Of a stretch of 64,000 nt of DNA, positions 21,075-29,733 are shown one piece after another (positions within the stretch are counted from its first letter, which is position 1; each line of letters begins with the position of its first letter). This DNA is from Rhodospirillales bacterium (GTDB lineage: Bacteria > Pseudomonadota > Alphaproteobacteria > Acetobacterales > Acetobacteraceae), in contig JBAXFK010000001.1 in NCBI GenBank assembly GCA_037139955.1, positions 5,402 to 69,401 on the forward strand, in the 5' to 3' direction. The notes beneath the pieces are model-generated. The model did not search any database and was not told the origin of the DNA. It worked only from the letters and a program-made list of their open reading frames with translations. Both the position numbers and the translations under genes were made by a program.

Positions 21075-23000
21075 ATGAATTTGCTCCCATCCGGGTTCAT
21101 TGGCGATTTCCTATCCGGATTTATCGTCAACATCTGGATTGCCACGGCCGCGCTGTCGGTCGGGCTGACGGCTGGCGGAATCCTCGCTTGTTTAAAGCAC
21201 TGCGGAGGCGTCATGGGACGCTGCGCGGCGGCAGCGGCGTCCCTATGCGATACGGTACCGACATATATCGCGATGTTCGTGCTGCTGCACTTGCTCACCT
21301 CGTGGCAAACGGCGATGGCCTCCCCCACGACCTGTGCGATCCTAGCACTGGCAATTTTTAGCACCGCCAATAGTTACGGCACTCTGGTCAAAGCAATCCG
21401 TTTCTATCGGGACGGCGCTAACGGCGACGTACTGCGCTGCTTCCCCGATACCGCCCGACTATTCGTCGTGCTCCTGCTCGGCTCCACGTTCGGTGCGGCG
21501 ATAGGAGTCCCGGAGGCGGTTACCGCGACACTGCGATATGCCGACCTGCTGCCAGATGTGCATGGCAGGATCGTACTCGTGATCGTCGCGCTGGCACTGT
21601 TCATGCTGATCGTGCAGGCCATCGAAGCACTCCTTAGAATCGCCAATACGCTGTTGTTCGCGATCGTATTGCCATCCGTCGCGACCGAGGAGGCAGACGA
21701 CCCGGCCGGGCAAAATTGGCGTATCGATATCGAGTCCCACTTAAGGTTTATGACGAACCACCGGATGCTCTTCGGTATTGCCGTCGGGATCGGTATCGTA
21801 TTGATATTCGGCGCCCCCACACCGCCCCGCACGGTCGCCATCGCCACGGGGGCAACCGGCGGCTCGTGGTCCGCCGTGGCGGAGAAATACCGCCCGATCT
21901 TCGCGGCACAGGGGATCGAACTGCGATCCGTCCCGTTCGAGAACACAGCAAGCATTCCAACCGCGGTCAGCCTCGACGACAGTATTGTTTCGTTGGGCTT
22001 CGCGATCACCGAAATTCGTCCGAGCGACGCCGAAAATCTCCGAATTTTAGGGGCGATCGAATACCAGCCGCTATTCGTGTTTTATCGCAAGGCGCTGGGC
22101 AGGGACTGGACCGCCGAAAACCTGCGTGGCCGCACCATCGCCCTGCCGCCGACAGGCAGTGCCACAGTCGCATTGGCCGTTCCCGTGCTCAATGCCCTGG
22201 GCATCGACGCATCGAACACCAAGATATCCTACATGCCGCTGGCCGATCAGGTCGTCGCGATCCAAGCGGGTACGGTCGATGCAATCGCCGCCGTACTACG
22301 CGACGACAACCCGATCGTGCGCGAACTGATGCAGCGCGAAGACCTTCAACTCGTCGATTTCCCGCAGGCCTACGCGATTTCGCTCAAATTTCCGCAACTT
22401 CGACCGGTTAAGCTGGCGCGCGATGTTATCGATATGGCCAAGCATATTCCGGCGCGGGAAATTTCGTTGGTGGCCGGCACATCGTATGTCGTGGCAAACA
22501 AATCGCTCCATCCCGCGATCGCCTGGACGATGCTACGCGCCATGGCTGCGGTGCATGGACCGGCGACCCTGGTCAGCGCGGAGCGCGAATTCCCGGCGTT
22601 GCGTCATTCCAAGGTAGAGATCGACCCCCGCGCGGCGGAATATTATACGTCGGGCATACCTTGGGGATACCGCCAATTACCGCTGCAATGGGCGAGCACC
22701 GTCGAGTATTACTTGGCGATCGTTCTCCCATTGGCATTGTTGTTGCCGATCTATCGATGGTTAGGCCTTCCCGATATTCCCGATTTGCTCAATATGTTGC
22801 GTTTGACAATCTGGTACCGCGCGCTCCAGCAAATCGAAAGCGACATCGAGAAAAACGGCCAATGGACACGATCGCATCATACGACCTTCAATGTCATCCG
22901 ACAGTCCGTCCTACGACCGGACGGATCGTCGCGCGTGAAAGATCTTATCGCGAAGATGCAGCACAGTCGTACGCCGCCGCCGCCGGATAAGGCCGATTGA
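21075..23000 (+). CDS. fusion of a permease-like domain (paralog of the 204-aa permease) with a membrane-anchored TAXI-family (COG2358-like) solute-receptor domain
   Basis: The N-terminus MNLLPSGFIGDFLSGFIVNIW... parallels MSFLPPSFIEDFLRGFVTNLW... of the upstream gene. The middle region shows IATGATGGSWSAVAEKY and GRTIALPPTGSATV, which are TAXI-like motifs. The C-terminal TM segment plus the WYRALQQIE helix is typical of anchored TAXI proteins. Confidence 0.6.
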   Translation: MNLLPSGFIGDFLSGFIVNIWIATAALSVGLTAGGILACLKHCGGVMGRCAAAAASLCDTVPTYIAMFVLLHLLTSWQTAMASPTTCAILALAIFSTANSYGTLVKAIRFYRDGANGDVLRCFPDTARLFVVLLLGSTFGAAIGVPEAVTATLRYADLLPDVHGRIVLVIVALALFMLIVQAIEALLRIANTLLFAIVLPSVATEEADDPAGQNWRIDIESHLRFMTNHRMLFGIAVGIGIVLIFGAPTPPRTVAIATGATGGSWSAVAEKYRPIFAAQGIELRSVPFENTASIPTAVSLDDSIVSLGFAITEIRPSDAENLRILGAIEYQPLFVFYRKALGRDWTAENLRGRTIALPPTGSATVALAVPVLNALGIDASNTKISYMPLADQVVAIQAGTVDAIAAVLRDDNPIVRELMQREDLQLVDFPQAYAISLKFPQLRPVKLARDVIDMAKHIPAREISLVAGTSYVVANKSLHPAIAWTMLRAMAAVHGPATLVSAEREFPALRHSKVEIDPRAAEYYTSGIPWGYRQLPLQWASTVEYYLAIVLPLALLLPIYRWLGLPDIPDLLNMLRLTIWYRALQQIESDIEKNGQWTRSHHTTFNVIRQSVLRPDGSSRVKDLIAKMQHSRTPPPPDKAD

Positions 23001-23016
23001 GAGCCGCGCAACCGCT

Positions 23017-23658
23017 ATGCCCCCTGTCCCCACCCGAGCCTGGGTGCGTTTGCCGTCGGGTCACCGGCTGGATTTGCTCGACCCAACGCCGTTCGACTGG
23101 ACAGATGAGGACCTAGCCCTCGGCCTCGCGCGCACCTATCGCTGGGGCGGGCATTCCGCGTGGCCATTGCCGCTGTCGGTCGCACAGCACTCGCTGCTGG
23201 TGCTTGCCCTACGCCGTCAGTCTAGCCCCACCGGCCTGTCCGACGCCGCCGCGCGCCGCGAATTGCTGCACGATGCCGATGAGGGTTTGTTGGGTTTCGA
23301 CCCGATCTCACCGCTGAAACCCTTCCTCGGACCCGGCTATGCCGCCCTGGCCGCCCGGCTGCAATCGGCGATCGCGACCCGCTACACCGTCCCGCCTTGG
23401 ACGCCGGAGGACAAGAAGGCCCACAAGCGCGCCGACCGAATCGCGGCTGCATCCGAAGCTATCCATGTCGTGGGCTGGACGCGGGACGAAGTGCGCAAGA
23501 CCCTACGCATCGTCGACCGTCCGGTGGACACCGATCCTCTCGCGACCCGGTTATCCGTCGCACCGTGGGAGCCTTGGCCGGCCGCCCGCGCCGCCGAGGA
23601 ATTTTTGCGCATGCTCCGACGTCTCACCGCCGACCGGCCGCCCACCGCAAGCCCATGA
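23017..23658 (+). CDS. HD-domain phosphohydrolase (YfbR-like)
   Basis: 213-aa ORF with SVAQHSLLV ... LLHDADEG (the H...HD metal motif). Confidence 0.6.
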   Translation: MPPVPTRAWVRLPSGHRLDLLDPTPFDWTDEDLALGLARTYRWGGHSAWPLPLSVAQHSLLVLALRRQSSPTGLSDAAARRELLHDADEGLLGFDPISPLKPFLGPGYAALAARLQSAIATRYTVPPWTPEDKKAHKRADRIAAASEAIHVVGWTRDEVRKTLRIVDRPVDTDPLATRLSVAPWEPWPAARAAEEFLRMLRRLTADRPPTASP

Positions 23659-25883
23659 GCAAGCCCATGGGCAAGCCCGTGCGGATCGCCCTCGCACTGC
23701 TTCGCGCGGTCGCTGGCCTGCTATTGTTGGCGGTTGCCGGAATCGTATGGGCGCTGTGCGCCACCTTGCCATCCAGCCGCGAAACCGCGCGCATTCCCGG
23801 CCTATCCGCGCCGGTCGGCATTACGATCGACGCCGATGGCATACCCCGCATCCGAGCGGCGAACGAGCGCGATGGCGCAGCCGCGTTGGGGTTCGTGCAT
23901 GCGCGCGATCGCATGTTTCAAATGGAGCTGATGCGCCGCGCCGCTGCGGGCCGGCTGTCGGAACTGGCGGGTCCGTCGACGCTGTGGGTGGATCGAACGA
24001 TGCGCACCCTCGGTTTGGCGCGCGCCGCGCTCGCCGATTACGCGGCCCTGCCGGACGACACCAAGTCCGTGTTGGAAGCGTATGCCAACGGCGTGAACGC
24101 CTGGATCGCCGCGCACGGCCGCTTCGCCGCCCCCGAATTTCTGCCGCTCGGCGCCCCGGAGCCATGGCAGCCCTCGGATAGCCTGCTGTGGGCGAAAACC
24201 ATGGGGCTGTATTTGTCGGGCAATTGGCGAGCGGAATTGTCGCGACTGTCGCTGCAAGGACGGTTGCCGCAGGATAGGATCGACGAATTATGGCGATCCG
24301 ATCCACCCCGGCAGCGCGCCGACGGATCGACGGACCCGGACCTCGCCGCCGCCGCAGGCCGGCTGGCGGCGGTGCTGCCCACCTTCTCCGGCCCCTGGAC
24401 ACAGCCGGACTCCGCATCGAACGAGTGGGCCGTCGATGGCGCCCACAGCGCGACCGGGGCGCCGATCCTAGCTGGGGACCCGCACCTGGCATTCGGATTT
24501 CCCGGCGTCTGGTATCTCGCGCGGATCGACACGCCAAATTCGACGCTTGCCGGCGCCACCGCACCGGGGGTGCCGTTCCTGGTCATCGGGCGCAACCGAC
24601 ACATTGCCTGGACTTTCACCACCACCGACGCCGATGTGCAGGATATTTTCATCGAAGCGGCGGACGCGCCATCGACCCAGCGGGTGGAACGCATCGCCGT
24701 GCGCGGCCAGCCCGACGAGACCCTCATCGTTCGCGAAAGCCGGCATGGGCCGATCGTCGGCGATATCGTCGGTGTGCGGGACAAAACCCTCGCGGTGTCC
24801 ATGGCCAATCTACAGCCCGGCGATACCGCTGCCAGCGGCCTACTGGCGCTAAACCGAGCGGCCTCGGTGCGGGAGGCTGGGGCGACGGCAGCGGTTATCG
24901 CGTCCCCTGTGCAGAACCTGATGGTGGCGGATCGGGACACGATCGGGCAGTTCACCACCGGCCGCATTCCCATCCGCCAAGCCGGCGACGGATCGATGCC
25001 GATCCCAGGAAATGGCGCGTACGACTGGATCGGCTGGGCATCCGGCTCGGCATTGCCGCACTATGTCGCTCCAGCCGAGGGGCGGCTGGTCAACGCCAAC
25101 GAGCGTATCGCGCCACCCGATTTTCCGGTCTTCCTCGGACGAGATTGGTACACCGACTGGCGCGCCCGCCGGATCGTCACGCTGCTGGATGCGCTACCGA
25201 AGCCCTCGCCGACCGATTTCGCCCGGATGCAGAGCGATGCGGACAGCAGTTTCGCCGTGCAAATCCTACCTATTCTGCGCGCGGCGGCGCCCGACGCGAA
25301 AATCTTCGACGGCTGGAACGGTACGATGACGCTGGATGCGCCGCAGCCGCTGGTGTTCAACACGTGGCTGCGCGCATTTCACCGGCTGATCCTGCAACGG
25401 GCCGGGCTCGACCGACACGTCGGCGGGCCGATGGCAGATTTCGTGGGCTTCGTTCTCTCGCCCGCCGGGGCGCATTGGTGCGGCGGCGACTGCGCGCCCG
25501 CGATCCGGCAAGCGCTGGAAACCGCGACAGACCGCCGTCCGTGGGGGGAAGCCCATCCCGCCGTTTTCGCCCACCCGACGTTCCGCAGCATACCGCTGTT
25601 AGGCGACCTCACCACCCAATCCATCCCCAGCCCCGGCGACGACACCACCGTCGGACGCGGATCCCCGAACGCCGATATGCAAAGCGTGCATGGGGCGAGC
25701 TACCGGGGAGTGTACGATCTTGCCGACCTAGACCGGAGCCTGTTCATGCTCGCGCCCGGGCAATCCGGAAACCCGCTAGCCGCCCATGCCGGAGATTTGC
25801 TGCGGCGCTGGCGCGACGGTGCTACGCTGACGCTCGGTCGCGATCCGGCGACCGTCGCGGAAAGCATCGAGCTGATCCCATGA
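23655..25883 (+). CDS. penicillin acylase / acyl-homoserine-lactone acylase family Ntn-hydrolase
   Basis: ATG at 23655 (ATGA overlap with the HD gene). It has an N-terminal TM/signal segment and the GPWTQPDSASNEWAV motif with the Ser nucleophile (SNxW). 742 aa. Confidence 0.85.
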   Translation: MSKPMGKPVRIALALLRAVAGLLLLAVAGIVWALCATLPSSRETARIPGLSAPVGITIDADGIPRIRAANERDGAAALGFVHARDRMFQMELMRRAAAGRLSELAGPSTLWVDRTMRTLGLARAALADYAALPDDTKSVLEAYANGVNAWIAAHGRFAAPEFLPLGAPEPWQPSDSLLWAKTMGLYLSGNWRAELSRLSLQGRLPQDRIDELWRSDPPRQRADGSTDPDLAAAAGRLAAVLPTFSGPWTQPDSASNEWAVDGAHSATGAPILAGDPHLAFGFPGVWYLARIDTPNSTLAGATAPGVPFLVIGRNRHIAWTFTTTDADVQDIFIEAADAPSTQRVERIAVRGQPDETLIVRESRHGPIVGDIVGVRDKTLAVSMANLQPGDTAASGLLALNRAASVREAGATAAVIASPVQNLMVADRDTIGQFTTGRIPIRQAGDGSMPIPGNGAYDWIGWASGSALPHYVAPAEGRLVNANERIAPPDFPVFLGRDWYTDWRARRIVTLLDALPKPSPTDFARMQSDADSSFAVQILPILRAAAPDAKIFDGWNGTMTLDAPQPLVFNTWLRAFHRLILQRAGLDRHVGGPMADFVGFVLSPAGAHWCGGDCAPAIRQALETATDRRPWGEAHPAVFAHPTFRSIPLLGDLTTQSIPSPGDDTTVGRGSPNADMQSVHGASYRGVYDLADLDRSLFMLAPGQSGNPLAAHAGDLLRRWRDGATLTLGRDPATVAESIELIP

Positions 25884-26326
25884 CCTCCGATCGAGACGAT
25901 TATCTTACGGCCGGCGTTATGTTCGGCCGTTGCGTGGCATTTCTCGTCGATGCCATCGCGATTGCCGTGCTGTGGGTGCTGCTTGCCTGGGTGCTGGGGC
26001 TGTTCGGCATTCTCACTCTCGGCCTGGGCTTTGGGTTGTGGCCGCTGCTGGCTTGGCTGCCTTTCGCTTACCATTTGCTCTCGCTCTATGGGTCCAACCA
26101 CGCCACGCTCGGTCAGCGCACCATGGGGCTGACGGTGCGGCGCAACGACGATCTGGGACCGCCGACCTTGGTACAGGCCGCCGTCTCGACCGTGTTGTTC
26201 TACATTTCGCTGGGCTTCTCCGGCGTACCGTTCGTCATCGCGCTGTTCACGATCCGCCATCGGACACCGCACGACATGCTCAGCGGCCTCGTGGTGGTAC
26301 GACGCAAGGCACTCTGGATCGCGTGA
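25880..26326 (+). CDS. RDD family membrane protein
   Basis: 148 aa, with ATGA overlap with the acylase. It has three hydrophobic segments and the RDD-type pattern (DRDDY..., ...GQRTMGLTV..., HDMLSGLVVV). Confidence 0.6.
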   Translation: MTSDRDDYLTAGVMFGRCVAFLVDAIAIAVLWVLLAWVLGLFGILTLGLGFGLWPLLAWLPFAYHLLSLYGSNHATLGQRTMGLTVRRNDDLGPPTLVQAAVSTVLFYISLGFSGVPFVIALFTIRHRTPHDMLSGLVVVRRKALWIA

Positions 26327-26395
26327 TCGATTAACCGCGAACTGTACCTGTCTTCGCGCCGCAAATCGGCGTAAGGTAGCGTCCGAACAAACTAG

Positions 26396-27055
26396 GTGGA
26401 CAAATTCGTGGCTGCGATTCCGATCACAACGGCGATGGTGAACGCGGCCCTCGGGGCGACAGCGGCACAACCTCTGCCCGAGGACGCGATCACGTTCGAA
26501 ACCGGCGATCTGGTCGTCTACCCCGCCCACGGCGTCGGCAAAGTCGATCGCGTGGGCATGGAGGAGATGGCCGGCCACAAGCTGCACCTGATCCAAATCT
26601 CCTTCGAGGAAAACCGCATGACCCTGCGCGTTCCCGTCGCGCAAGCACGCGCCACCGGGCTGCGCAAGATCGGCACGCCGGCGGCCATGAGCGAGGTGCT
26701 GACCATCCTGTCCGGCCGATCCCGCGTCAGCCGCATGATCTGGGCCAAGCGCGGCCAGGAATACCTGGCGAAAATCAATTCCGGCGACCTCAAGCAACTG
26801 GCCGAAGTCGTGCGCGACCTCCGCGGCACCGGCGACGGATCGGGCACCAGCTATTCGCAGCGCAACCTGTTCGAACTGGGCATCGACCGCCTGGCCGGTG
26901 AGTTCGCTGCCGCATCCGGCATCGATAAACCCGCCGCGATGGAACGCCTAACCGCCACGCTACAAACCGCCCGCTCGGCCGATACATCCCGCGTAGAAAA
27001 AGCCGCTGCCTCGGCAGCAGCAGCGGCGGCCGCCGAGGCCGACGCGGCAGCTTGA
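26396..27055 (+). CDS. carD: CarD/CdnL family RNA-polymerase-binding transcription factor with Ala-rich tail
   Basis: Shows the CarD signature FETGDLVVYPAHGVGKVDRV...RMTLRVPV...SRMIWAKRGQEY. The GTG start at 26396 is uncertain. Confidence 0.85.
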   Translation: MDKFVAAIPITTAMVNAALGATAAQPLPEDAITFETGDLVVYPAHGVGKVDRVGMEEMAGHKLHLIQISFEENRMTLRVPVAQARATGLRKIGTPAAMSEVLTILSGRSRVSRMIWAKRGQEYLAKINSGDLKQLAEVVRDLRGTGDGSGTSYSQRNLFELGIDRLAGEFAAASGIDKPAAMERLTATLQTARSADTSRVEKAAASAAAAAAAEADAAA

Positions 27056-27084
27056 TACCGGAGGCTTGGAAGGATCGAGCACCG

Positions 27085-29700
27085 CTACGGCCTGCCGACG
27101 AACCGCGCACGCCAAACGGCTGCGCGGGCCTCGGCCTGAGACTTTTCTTCGTCGTTCAATTGCGCCAAGGCGTTCTCTAGATTGACCTGGGCACGACGCT
27201 TCTCGGCCTCGGCCGGGATGCGCTCCACCGCCAGGATCAGCCAGCACGCGGCCTCGACGAAATCGTAGGTGCCATCGACACCGGACAGGATCGAATAGCC
27301 CAACGAATTGAGCGCCGCGCCCTCCCCCTGCTCGGCGGCTTTACGCAGCCAAGCCAGCATATCCGTCTCATCGGCCGGCACACCTTGGCCCAGGCGGTAG
27401 GCCACCGACATCATGTATTGCGCGGCGGCGTTGCCGCTTTCCGCTGCTTTGCGAAAATGCCGCACCGCCTCCGTCTGGTCTTGTTTCTGACCCGCTTTGC
27501 CGTCCCAAAGGATGGAGCCGAGCATATATTCTGCGGTTGGATGACCGTGGGTGGCGGCACGCGTGTACCAAACGATCGCTTCGGCCCCGTCTTGCGCGCC
27601 GCCGAGACCTTCTAGCAGCATCGCGCCGAGGTTGATTTGCGCGTCCGGGTATTCCTGCGCCGCAGCCAACCGGTACCAGCGCACCGCCTCCGCATCGTCG
27701 TGCGGCACATCGGCCTCCCCGGTTTGTGCGGCGTAACCCATACGATACTGGGCCACCGCCAACCCCTTATCGGCCGCTCGGCGCCAAAGGGCCAACGCCG
27801 CGTTGGGGTCGCGGGCCGTCCCGCGACCGTTTTCCGTGAAACGTGCCAGTTCGACCAGCGCGGCCGGCATGCCGGCATCCGCCGCGCGGCTATAGAAGAC
27901 AAAGGCCTGCCCGTCATCCCTAGACAGCCCAAGCGCCCCATCGCGATACGCGTCGCCCAGCCGTTTGGAGGCCGGCGACCAAGCTTTATCGGATGCTTTG
28001 CGGTACCAGGATTCAGCTTCGGCGCCGCCGTCGGGCCGCGCCTCGGCGAGGACGCCCATCATATATTGCGCCCCTGGGTGCCCGAAATTCGCGGCAGGGC
28101 CGTACCAGCCAGCGGCCTGGGCATCGTCGCGGACGTGCCCGTACAAGCCGAGATGGGCAATGTCGCCCATGCGCACCTGTGCATCGAGCAGCCCGGCGTT
28201 AGCGGCGAGCCGATACCAAACCGTGGCCTCCACCCCGTCTTGCGACAGACCCTGCCCGGATTCGTAGGCACGCGCCAAACCCAGCCAGCCGGTGGCTTCG
28301 TGCAGTCCCGCCGCCGCGCGATACCAACGCACAGCCTCCGCTACGTCTTTCTTGCCGGCCCAACCGAGTAAATACCCGTCGCCGAGCAACGAGGCCGCCG
28401 CACCGTTCTTGAGTTCCACGGCCTGCCGCAGCAACGCCACGGCTTTGCTATCGTCCTGCGCGACCCAGATTCCGAAACGATATAGACGCCCGAGTTGCCC
28501 GATCGCGAGGCCGTTGTCTTGCGCCGCCGCTTCCTCGAACAATGCGACCGCACGGGATTGGTCTTTGCCAATGCCGTCGCCGTTCAGCAGCAACATGCCC
28601 AGGGCATAGCGAGCGACGGCCAGTTGCTGGGTGCGGTAGGTGCCGCGCTCGTCCATCCGCAGCCAGGATTCGAGTCGCGCGCGACTGAGCGCTTTTTCGA
28701 ACCAGCGGGCGGCTTCGTCGTGGTTACGGCCGGGGCCGGGAAAGCCGTTGTAATAGGCTTGGCCGAGGGACACGGCGGCCAACATGTGCCCCGCATCCCC
28801 GGCGCGCAGCAGCCAGTTCCAGGCTTCGATTCGATCGCGCGCGACGCCGCGGCCCTGCTGATACGCATCCGCCAGCATCGCCAAGGCTTCTGGGTCGAAG
28901 CGCTCGGCGGCGCGTTTCAGCCATGCGACGGATTCATCGGGATTGGGCGCAACGCCCCAGCCATCGCGGTAGGCCACGCCGAGCAGGCGTTGGGCGATCG
29001 GGTCCTCTCGCTGCGCGGCGCTGAGAAGCAGAGCGACGCTTTGCGCTGGCTCCTTCGGCACGCCGGAGCCGCGCTGATACAGCAGCGCCAACCGCACTTC
29101 CCCAGCCGCGAGCCCGAGGTCTGCCGCGCGGCGGTACCAAATGGCCGCCTCCGCCGGGTCTTTCGGCGTGCCGACGCCGAATTCCAGCAAGGTGCCCATA
29201 TTGGCCAAAGCCCAACGGTCGTTCTGGTCTGCGGCTTTGCGCACCCATTCGATGGCTTGGTCGGGGTCGCGCTCCACCCCCTCGCCCCAGGCGTAGAGCA
29301 TGCCCAGGGAGGATTGTGCCTCGGCATCCCCCGCCTCGGCAGCACGTCGTAACAGCGGCGCTGCACGGGATGGATCGCGCTGGGCGCCGGGCAGGCGCAG
29401 TAACAGCAGACCGAACTCGCGTCGCGCAGCATCGGAGCCAAGGTCCATGGCGCGCGTGAGCCAGCGAAAAGCTTCGTCGGTGTTGACCGACAGTGTGCCG
29501 CCGCGTGCGTACATCTGCCCAAGTTCGGCGGCCGCGTCGGCATCCCCATCGGTTGCTTTGGTGAACAAAGCTCGCAAATCGGACCGGGTGTAAACACGGC
29601 GCGGGGGGAACGACGGACTATCGACGTTCGGCACCGCGACGACGGTCATGGGAGCGTCCGGCGGCGGAGAGAACTCCGGCGCAAGGGCCATCAGTACCAA
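27085..29700 (-). CDS. Sel1-repeat (SLR/TPR-like) protein, 871 aa
   Basis: Many tandem ~36-aa repeats of the form A..WYR.AA..G...AQ..LG..Y..G.GV..D. A hydrophobic N-terminus suggests export. The start codon is uncertain (TTG in the track; the signal-like sequence extends upstream). Confidence 0.85.
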   Translation of the reverse strand: MVLMALAPEFSPPPDAPMTVVAVPNVDSPSFPPRRVYTRSDLRALFTKATDGDADAAAELGQMYARGGTLSVNTDEAFRWLTRAMDLGSDAARREFGLLLLRLPGAQRDPSRAAPLLRRAAEAGDAEAQSSLGMLYAWGEGVERDPDQAIEWVRKAADQNDRWALANMGTLLEFGVGTPKDPAEAAIWYRRAADLGLAAGEVRLALLYQRGSGVPKEPAQSVALLLSAAQREDPIAQRLLGVAYRDGWGVAPNPDESVAWLKRAAERFDPEALAMLADAYQQGRGVARDRIEAWNWLLRAGDAGHMLAAVSLGQAYYNGFPGPGRNHDEAARWFEKALSRARLESWLRMDERGTYRTQQLAVARYALGMLLLNGDGIGKDQSRAVALFEEAAAQDNGLAIGQLGRLYRFGIWVAQDDSKAVALLRQAVELKNGAAASLLGDGYLLGWAGKKDVAEAVRWYRAAAGLHEATGWLGLARAYESGQGLSQDGVEATVWYRLAANAGLLDAQVRMGDIAHLGLYGHVRDDAQAAGWYGPAANFGHPGAQYMMGVLAEARPDGGAEAESWYRKASDKAWSPASKRLGDAYRDGALGLSRDDGQAFVFYSRAADAGMPAALVELARFTENGRGTARDPNAALALWRRAADKGLAVAQYRMGYAAQTGEADVPHDDAEAVRWYRLAAAQEYPDAQINLGAMLLEGLGGAQDGAEAIVWYTRAATHGHPTAEYMLGSILWDGKAGQKQDQTEAVRHFRKAAESGNAAAQYMMSVAYRLGQGVPADETDMLAWLRKAAEQGEGAALNSLGYSILSGVDGTYDFVEAACWLILAVERIPAEAEKRRAQVNLENALAQLNDEEKSQAEARAAVWRARFVGRP

Positions 29701-29733
29701 AGAGGCAGCGAGCAGGGCGGCGATACGAATGGG

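Larger units (their letters stand above)
18375..21101 (+). repeat. tandem duplication, unit 2 (2,727 bp)
   Basis: Same sequence as 15648-18374. The junction at 18374|18375 joins codon 9 of the permease-TAXI gene to the 3' part of the methyltransferase gene. Confidence 0.95.

Noticed and set aside
24290-26326. 678-aa ORF overlapping the acylase gene in another frame, with its mirror at 57905-59941
   Set aside because: Only the last 148 codons (RDD protein, ATG at 25880) look like a real protein. The upstream 530 codons are an Arg/Pro-rich out-of-frame read-through of the acylase gene.
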